12,211 bases of DNA from a virus, in UHGV virus genome UHGV-1627304; one strand, given 5' to 3'. A program made the position numbers and the translations under genes. Positions within the stretch are counted from its first letter, which is position 1. The number at the start of each line of letters is the position of its first letter. Below the pieces are notes generated by a model. It made no database searches. It was not told the DNA's origin and saw only the letters and a list, made by a program, of their open reading frames with translations. Below are positions 6,975-12,211 of the stretch, piece after piece.

Positions 6975-7598
6975 ATGTCATCAATCCGCTTAACTACGAG
7001 AATGAAAGAGAAAATCGCTCGTAACGCTTTAATTAAGTCTGGGGTTTTCACTGAACTTGAAGAAGTAACAAAGTTAAAGAACCAGCTTGCACTTGACGCC
7101 AGAGTTATTGCGTTTGGCGGTAAAAAGAAAACTGAGGAAGTGGATCAGTTATCATCCAGGTTAGTAGCTATAAGTGAAGAACTTGAAAAGATGGGATGTT
7201 CATTTTACTCATACGATGTTCGTTCTACTTCAATTTATCTGACTGTATCTGGCAGAAGGGTTGGATGGCATTCATATGGGAAAGACGGCAACGGCGAAGA
7301 TATATTGCTCCCTACTCCAACCAAAGATAAATGCATGTTTGATGCAGAACACGAAATAACAAAAAGGTTTGATGAAATCTGCGCATTGCAACAAAAACTT
7401 GAAGCCAAGAAAAAGGATATCGAATCAAATGTATGGGCTGCTTTGAACTCAGTCACAACAGTTAAGCGACTTATTGAAGTTTGGCCTGAAAGCAAAGAAT
7501 TGCTACCAAAAGAAGCAGACAAAGCAAGTACAGCACTTCCTGCTTTACGGGTAGAAGATTTGAATAAGATGATTGGACTTCCTTCCGAGTCCGCATAG
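6975..7598 (+). CDS. Hypothetical protein (207 aa), unknown function, at the position lambda uses for ral/sieB-type accessory genes
   Basis: Long ORF with GAGAGGA SD 6 nt before ATG at 6975 (track shows a TTG-initiated extension from 6960). AT-rich. Lys/Glu-rich helical-looking stretches. No motif recognised. Confidence 0.75.
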   Translation: MSSIRLTTRMKEKIARNALIKSGVFTELEEVTKLKNQLALDARVIAFGGKKKTEEVDQLSSRLVAISEELEKMGCSFYSYDVRSTSIYLTVSGRRVGWHSYGKDGNGEDILLPTPTKDKCMFDAEHEITKRFDEICALQQKLEAKKKDIESNVWAALNSVTTVKRLIEVWPESKELLPKEADKASTALPALRVEDLNKMIGLPSESA

Positions 7599-7732
7599 TC
7601 GGCCTTTATTTTTGGCACTAACAACAGAATAAACACTGCACTGTGTATTCATTCCAACGAGTGAATACACGGAGCAATGTCGCTCGTAACTAAACAGGAG
7701 CCGACTTGTTCTGATTATTGGAAATCTTCTTT

Positions 7733-7757
7733 GCCCTCCAGTGTGAGGGCTTTTTTA
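7733..7757 (+). terminator. Intrinsic terminator upstream of cIII (tL-type, expected to be read through under N antitermination)
   Basis: gccctc-cagtgt-gagggc hairpin (7733-7750) followed by TTTTTT (7751-7756). Confidence 0.55.
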
Positions 7758-7822
7758 TATGCATACCAATAACGCTTCACTCGAGGCGTTTTCGTTATGC
7801 AATCAAATATAAGGAGTTACCC

Positions 7823-7957
7823 ATGATGCACTTTCAGCTCGCGGGTAGCGGCGTCATGTCCGCTTTCTACCCGCACGAATCTGAATTATCACGCCGAGTT
7901 AAACAATTAATCAGAGCAGCAAAGAAACAACTGGAGGCGTTATGCGCAATGAAATAG
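7823..7957 (+). CDS. cIII: CIII-like protein (44 aa), probable FtsH-inhibitor that stabilises CII
   Basis: MMHFQLAGSGVMSAFYPHESELSRRVKQLIRAAKKQLEALCAMK. The central HESELSRRVKQLIRAAKKQL aligns by eye with the lambda CIII core (SESLLERITRKLRDGWKRL, from memory). AAGGAG SD 5 nt upstream. The track ORF starts earlier (7718) but that part spans the terminator. Confidence 0.55.
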   Translation: MMHFQLAGSGVMSAFYPHESELSRRVKQLIRAAKKQLEALCAMK

Positions 7958-8094
7958 CCATCAATCACCAGATGCTTCGTGCAGCACAAAACAAAGCAGT
8001 AATAGCCAGATTTATTGGTGATTCCAAAATGTGGCTTGAAGCAAATAAAGCGATGAAATCAGCTATCAACCTTCCGTGGTATCGCAGGAAATGA
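7942..8094 (+). CDS. kil: Kil-like small protein (50 aa), possible host cell-division inhibitor
   Basis: Own translation: MRNEIAINHQMLRAAQNKAVIARFIGDSKMWLEANKAMKSAINLPWYRRK. The IA.FIGD.KM motif and position after cIII fit my recollection of lambda Kil; identity is uncertain. GGAGG SD upstream. Confidence 0.45.
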   Translation: MRNEIAINHQMLRAAQNKAVIARFIGDSKMWLEANKAMKSAINLPWYRRK

Positions 8095-8249
8095 GTTTTA
8101 CAGATAACTGGTCAGACGAAGAATTCATTCGTCAGATGAAAGAATTAATCGGTAACGAAGGAGATATTCATGTCACTTGCAACCACAGTGAAGGAGAGCA
8201 AGTTACAGAGACGCATGTACACGCAGAAAGCTCTCTGGTATCGCCATAA
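8091..8249 (+). CDS. Hypothetical small acidic protein (52 aa)
   Basis: Own translation: MSFTDNWSDEEFIRQMKELIGNEGDIHVTCNHSEGEQVTETHVHAESSLVSP. ATGA overlap with the kil-like stop suggests coupling; SD is poorly spaced. Confidence 0.3.
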   Translation: MSFTDNWSDEEFIRQMKELIGNEGDIHVTCNHSEGEQVTETHVHAESSLVSP

Positions 8250-8348
8250 TGGCGACCGCGAAGGAATGCGGGTATGCCTTAATTTGTCCCGAGTCGAAGT
8301 ATTAAATCAGCGTTATTTTCTTGGGCCGTGTCCATTCTGAGGTGAATT

Positions 8349-9056
8349 ATGGATTTGAACAAATTCGATGAGCCATTCAGCCCTGAAGATATCGAATGGC
8401 GAATACAGCAAAGCGGTAAAACACGCGATGGCAAGGTGTGGGCTATGGTGCTGGCTTATGTCACGAACCGGGCAATCATGAAACGCCTGGACGATGTTTG
8501 CGGCAAAGCAGGATGGCGCAATGAATACCGCGATATTCCCAACAACGGCGGAGTTGAATGCGGCATATCAATCAAGATTGATTCCGAATGGGTAACCAAA
8601 TGGGATGCTGCTGAAAACACGCAGGTAGAAGCCGTCAAAGGTGGTCGTTCAGGTGCAATGAAGCGTGCTGCCGTTCAGTGGGGAATCGGTCGGTATCTGT
8701 ATAACCTTGAGGAAGGTTTTGCACAAACATCTCTCGATAAAAAGCAGGGGTGGCACAGGGCAAAACTGAAGGATGGAACAGGATTTTACTGGCTCCCTCC
8801 ATCGCTGCCTGGATGGGCAATCCCAGCATCAGATAACAAACCATCACCAGAAAATACCAACCAGAAATCTCCATCGGTTGACTGCGAACAAATCCTGAAA
8901 GACTTCAGCGATTATGCGTCAACAGAAACTGACAAGAAAAAACTCATCGAGCGTTATCAGCGTGACTGGCAATTAATGGCTGGCAACGAGGAGGCGCAGG
9001 CTAAATGCGTTCAGGTAATGAACATCAGAGTTAACGAACTAAAACAGGCGGCATAA
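8349..9056 (+). CDS. Rad52-family single-strand annealing protein (phage recombinase), 235 aa
   Basis: Motif region GGRSGAMKRAAVQWGIGRYLYNL resembles the conserved Rad52/Sak-type N-terminal domain. Occupies the position lambda gives to bet. GAGGTGA SD upstream. Confidence 0.8.
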   Translation: MDLNKFDEPFSPEDIEWRIQQSGKTRDGKVWAMVLAYVTNRAIMKRLDDVCGKAGWRNEYRDIPNNGGVECGISIKIDSEWVTKWDAAENTQVEAVKGGRSGAMKRAAVQWGIGRYLYNLEEGFAQTSLDKKQGWHRAKLKDGTGFYWLPPSLPGWAIPASDNKPSPENTNQKSPSVDCEQILKDFSDYASTETDKKKLIERYQRDWQLMAGNEEAQAKCVQVMNIRVNELKQAA

Positions 9057-9524
9057 ATGTCTCACTTGGACGGAATTATTAAAAGATTCGAGTCCAGCTA
9101 CAAAGTTAATGAAACAACAGGTTGCTGGGAGTCTACCTATTCAAAAAACAAAGGAGGATACACAAAATTTGTAGCCTTTGGCGTAACAATGCTTTCTCAT
9201 CGTGTTGCTTTTGAGCTTTATCACTCCCCCATTCCATCTGGGAAGATGGTTTGCCACAAATGCGATAACCCATGCTGCGTTAATCCTGAACATCTCTTTT
9301 TAGGTAGCGCGCAAGAAAACATGGACGACAAGATAGCAAAAGGAAGGCATCGTGGAGCCAAGAAAGGTCATGCTCATCATGGTGCAAAATTAACAGAGTG
9401 GCAGGTTATAGAAATTAGGAAAAGACTCTCTGAAAAAGAGAGTCAGTACAAGATAGCAAAAGACATGGGTGTATCTCAATCAATTATAAGCAACATAAAA
9501 ACTGGCAAGAGGTGGAGCAAATGA
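9057..9524 (+). CDS. HNH homing endonuclease (155 aa)
   Basis: HNH signature ...[58 protein letters not shown]... ATG directly abuts the recombinase stop (TAAATG); its stop overlaps the ssb start (ATGA). Confidence 0.8.
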   Translation: MSHLDGIIKRFESSYKVNETTGCWESTYSKNKGGYTKFVAFGVTMLSHRVAFELYHSPIPSGKMVCHKCDNPCCVNPEHLFLGSAQENMDDKIAKGRHRGAKKGHAHHGAKLTEWQVIEIRKRLSEKESQYKIAKDMGVSQSIISNIKTGKRWSK

Positions 9525-9994
9525 GTTCTCGCGGGATAAATAAGGTGATTATCCTTGGTCGGGTAGGACAAGACCCGGAAGTTCGATACTCACCATCAGG
9601 AACGGCATTTGCAAACCTTACAGTTGCTACGTCAGAACAATGGCGTGATAAGCAAACTGGAGAGCAAAAGGAGCAGACGGAGTGGCACCGTGTGGTAATG
9701 AGCGGGAAACTGGCAGAAATTGCCAGCGAATATCTGCGAAAAGGCTCTGAGGTTTATCTTGAAGGCAAATTACGGACAAGAAAATGGCAGGATCAAAGCG
9801 GACAGGATAGGTTCACTACCGAAGTCATCGTGGGCGTTGGTGGAACCATGCAAATGCTTGGTGGCAAGCAAGGAGGCAATGAACAGTCTTCACCTCAGCG
9901 AAATAACGGTCAGCAACAAAGACAGCAACCTCAGCAGCATGGAAATCACAGCGAACCACCTATGAACTTCGACGATTCGGATATTCCGTTCTAG
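9521..9994 (+). CDS. ssb: Single-stranded DNA-binding protein (157 aa)
   Basis: [59 protein letters not shown]... with C-terminal acidic tail DDSDIPF. Highly similar to E. coli SSB as recalled. Start at ATG 9521 rather than GTG 9512. Confidence 0.9.
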   Translation: MSSRGINKVIILGRVGQDPEVRYSPSGTAFANLTVATSEQWRDKQTGEQKEQTEWHRVVMSGKLAEIASEYLRKGSEVYLEGKLRTRKWQDQSGQDRFTTEVIVGVGGTMQMLGGKQGGNEQSSPQRNNGQQQRQQPQQHGNHSEPPMNFDDSDIPF

Positions 9995-10003
9995 GAGCTG
10001 AAT

Positions 10004-10483
10004 ATGAAAATCTGCTCAAGATGCCATCAACAGAAGGAAGAAAGGGACTTTCAAATCAGAAGAGCATCCAGAGATGGATTAACTGCCGCTTGCCGGGCTT
10101 GCCTGGCTGAATACGACAAAGAGCGCGCGGGATTGCCACATCGAGTATCAGCAAGGAGAGAATATCAATCATCGGAACGCGGCAGAGGACGGTGTAACGC
10201 AGCCAAAAAGCGGTTCATTCAGAGCAACCCATGGAAAAGAAAAGCCCACATCATCGTGGGTAATTTTTTGCGCGACGGTAAGCTAATCCGACCACCACAA
10301 TGTGAGTGCTGCGGATCAGAATGTAAACCACAGGCGCACCACTGCGACTACAGCAAACCAACCGATGTGATGTGGCTCTGCAAGTCATGCCATGTCGAGT
10401 GGCACAAACATAACAAACCTATCTACCCAGACGAGGAACCAGTAACTCTCCCCTTCCCTCGTCACGCTATTCACGCAATTTAA
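10004..10483 (+). CDS. Zinc-ribbon / HNH-like nuclease-domain protein (159 aa)
   Basis: N-terminal CxxC...CxxC (CSRCHQQ...CRAC) and C-terminal CECCGSE...AHHCDY...CKSCHVEWH, an HNH-type metal-binding motif. AGGAG SD 6 nt upstream. Confidence 0.7.
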   Translation: MKICSRCHQQKEERDFQIRRASRDGLTAACRACLAEYDKERAGLPHRVSARREYQSSERGRGRCNAAKKRFIQSNPWKRKAHIIVGNFLRDGKLIRPPQCECCGSECKPQAHHCDYSKPTDVMWLCKSCHVEWHKHNKPIYPDEEPVTLPFPRHAIHAI

Positions 10484-10496
10484 TCAGGAGAAAATC

Positions 10497-10793
10497 ATGC
10501 CAGCGCCTTTGTATGGTGCGGATGACGCGCGCCGCTGTTCCGGCAATTCCGTATCGGAGGTGCTGGATAAATTCAGAAAAAACTACGATCGGATAATGTC
10601 GCTACCGCAGGAAACGAAAGAGGAAAAGGAATTTCGCCACTGTATATGGCTTGCAGAGAAAGAAGAACGCGAGCGAATTTACCAGACATCAATCCGACCA
10701 TTCCGCAAAGCAACATATACCCACTTCCCTGAATATATCGACCCGCGCCTGCGTAATTACCGCTCACGCTATGGCGCTATCAGTAATGACTGA
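10497..10793 (+). CDS. Hypothetical protein (98 aa)
   Basis: ORF with AGGAG SD 6 nt upstream; same strand and operon context as its neighbours. No motif recognised. Confidence 0.6.
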   Translation: MPAPLYGADDARRCSGNSVSEVLDKFRKNYDRIMSLPQETKEEKEFRHCIWLAEKEERERIYQTSIRPFRKATYTHFPEYIDPRLRNYRSRYGAISND

Positions 10794-10803
10794 GGAATTT
10801 ACC

Positions 10804-10968
10804 ATGAGAGGACTTGCATACAATCCCGGCATTCTTCCGGCAGAAATGATTATTCGCCAACGCGTAAAGCCAATGCCATCGAGAGAGGAATTGCTTAAGA
10901 GAAATAGTTTCGGCTCTGTTAATGACAACAAATATCTGAATGCTATGTGGCGGAGTGGGAAGAAATGA
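10804..10968 (+). CDS. Hypothetical small protein (54 aa)
   Basis: [61 protein letters not shown] 8 nt upstream of ATG 10804; stop overlaps the next gene's ATG (ATGA). The longer track ORF from 10651 overlaps the preceding gene and is less likely. Confidence 0.4.
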   Translation: MRGLAYNPGILPAEMIIRQRVKPMPSREELLKRNSFGSVNDNKYLNAMWRSGKK

Positions 10969-11555
10969 AACAAATGTCACTAATTGAGATGAATGGTTTT
11001 CTGAAAGGTAAATGCATCCCCCGAGATTTAAATGTTAACGAAACAAACGCTGAATATCTTGTCCGTAAGTTCGGTGAACTTGAATCAAAACTGGAAACGG
11101 CGTTGCGGGAGTGTCTTTCTGCTGGAATCACGATTGATAACCTTGAGGCCAAGTGCACTGCGCTGGCAGCGGAGAATGCGGGGATGAAGTCGGTCATTGA
11201 ATACTGCATTAATCCCGACAATCAGCCTGAATACCATGACCAGGGCATGGGATGTGGAGTTGAAGACCACGGCTACCAGCGCGACGGCTATTCGGCTTGT
11301 TACTACGGATGGGAGTCGGCAATGGAACGCGTCTACTCAGAGGTTATTCCAGACGCCATTCCAGAAACCCCAACCACCGATGCTTTCCTGGCTGAAGTGC
11401 GGGCGCAGGGGGTAGAGATGTACGCAGATAACCTCGACAACGGAGCAGACGACGCAGAACGAGGTGGTTTTGATTATGCCGTTAAGTTTCTACGCAGTGA
11501 AGCGTCTAGTGTACGTTTGTTCGCCGACCAGCTTCGCAAAGGAGGCGACCAGTGA
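10965..11555 (+). CDS. Hypothetical protein (196 aa), possibly Ead/Ea22-like
   Basis: Long ORF in operon context; start taken at ATG 10965 (coupled to the upstream stop) rather than the track's GTG at 10947. N-terminal coiled-coil-like region and acidic C-terminal half. Family assignment is from vague recollection only. Confidence 0.65.
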   Translation: MKQMSLIEMNGFLKGKCIPRDLNVNETNAEYLVRKFGELESKLETALRECLSAGITIDNLEAKCTALAAENAGMKSVIEYCINPDNQPEYHDQGMGCGVEDHGYQRDGYSACYYGWESAMERVYSEVIPDAIPETPTTDAFLAEVRAQGVEMYADNLDNGADDAERGGFDYAVKFLRSEASSVRLFADQLRKGGDQ

Positions 11556-11668
11556 GCAAGATTGACTATCAGGCACTGCGTGAGATAGCAAAGCACCAGA
11601 GACTTACAGAAGAATCAGCGAGCTACGCAAGGACTAACCATGAAATAACACCGCCTCACACTCGATGA
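11552..11668 (+). CDS. Hypothetical small protein (38 aa, GTG start)
   Basis: (V/M)[37 protein letters not shown]. Strong AAAGGAGG SD 6 nt upstream of GTG; GTGA overlap with the upstream stop. Confidence 0.35.
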   Translation: MSKIDYQALREIAKHQRLTEESASYARTNHEITPPHTR

Positions 11669-11728
11669 GGCCTGTACATATCTGATAGATCCGCTATATG
11701 GCGGTTTTTTCTTGCCTGGAGAATTAAG

Positions 11729-11920
11729 ATGACCGATACCAGCCTGATTCCTGAGAAAGAAGTGATGAACAAGCTCGGTGTTTCATCACGTCAGACAATC
11801 TGGAACTATACCAAACGGCACGGATTTCCGAAGCCAGTCAGAACCCACCCCAAATCATACCTTCGTGAGGCTGTTGAAGGGTGGATTCTTAACGGTGGCG
11901 TTAATCAGAAATGCTCCTGA
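11729..11920 (+). CDS. xis: Excisionase / AlpA-family DNA-binding protein (63 aa)
   Basis: MTDTSLIPEKEVMNKLGVSSRQTIWNYTKRHGFPKPVRTHPKSYLREAVEGWI... fits the winged-helix excisionase/AlpA pattern (L.V.R.T.W......FP.P......W....V..W). GGAG SD 7 nt upstream; adjacent to the integrase. Confidence 0.7.
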   Translation: MTDTSLIPEKEVMNKLGVSSRQTIWNYTKRHGFPKPVRTHPKSYLREAVEGWILNGGVNQKCS

Positions 11921-12211
11921 TGTGCCAGAACAATTTATCAGCGTGAAGCTCATACGCTTTGCGCTGAGCCTCTATCCAGTCGTGTTTATTGTATACGGAC
12001 ATTATCCCGCCAAGTTCATGACCGAGCATTCGCTCAGTAACATGAGGCTCGACATTCATCTCGGACAGACGTGTAACAAGCGTTCTTCTGAAATCGTGTG
12101 TTCGCCAGTAACCTAGGGAAGGTGCGAATAAGCAGGTCATTTCTTCCCAAGCTGACTCGCTGATTAAAATTTCGCGGATCTGGGCCGATTTTTTTCCCGC
12201 AAACACATCGA
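11901..12211 (-). CDS. int: Tyrosine integrase, C-terminal catalytic region (5' end beyond window end)
   Basis: Minus-strand translation ...WRTHDFRRTLVTRLSEMNVEPHVTERMLGHELGGIMSVYNKHDW... contains the H-x-x-R box and the LGH...Y catalytic tyrosine region of tyrosine recombinases. Stop at 11903..11901; the reading frame is open to the window edge. Confidence 0.8.
   Translation of the reverse strand, partial: DVFAGKKSAQIREILISESAWEEMTCLFAPSLGYWRTHDFRRTLVTRLSEMNVEPHVTERMLGHELGGIMSVYNKHDWIEAQRKAYELHADKLFWHIRSISD

Noticed and set aside
7235-7636. 133-aa minus-strand ORF
   Set aside because: Antisense to the 207-aa plus-strand gene, which has operon context and an SD.
7718-7822. Upstream extension of the cIII-like ORF from ATG 7718
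   Set aside because: The extension spans the intrinsic terminator hairpin and lacks an SD; ATG 7823 has AAGGAG and matches CIII length.
8456-8874. Minus-strand ORFs 8456-8638 and 8635-8874
   Set aside because: Antisense to the Rad52-like recombinase gene.
9720-9965. 81-aa plus-strand ORF inside ssb in another frame
   Set aside because: Overlaps the confidently identified ssb frame.
10573-11415. Assorted short ORFs (10573-10767, 10764-10973, 10780-10980, 10943-11221, 11085-11270 on minus; 11197-11415 on plus)
   Set aside because: Antisense or alternative-frame overlaps with the co-directional plus-strand gene run; none has a convincing SD.
11778-12116. 112-aa plus-strand ORF overlapping xis and int
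   Set aside because: Different frame from xis and antisense to the integrase catalytic region.

Overview
This window is an internal segment of a mosaic lambdoid prophage, shown in the orientation opposite to the standard lambda map (PL transcription runs on the + strand). The core is a lambda-type immunity region, recognised by eye from memory of the lambda reference: cII, oop, nutR, cro, OR1-3/PR/PRM, cI, a terminator, OL1-3/PL, nutL and N. To its left (minus strand) lie a P22-like replication module (O-like initiator with internal iterons, DnaB-family helicase) and a compact nin region (ninB, ninD, ninE, ninF) ending in a partial Rha-family antirepressor gene. To its right (plus strand) the PL operon carries cIII-like and Kil-like genes, a Rad52-like annealing protein, an HNH homing endonuclease, SSB, several small unknown genes, an excisionase, and a convergent partial tyrosine integrase. 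The most notable feature is at the position lambda uses for rexA/rexB: between cI and the terminator sit two unrelated, AT-rich, translationally coupled genes (5210-6003), one soluble and one with a C-terminal transmembrane helix. I propose this as a candidate prophage-encoded exclusion or abortive-infection system. All calls are from reading the sequence and translations; no database search or computation was run.
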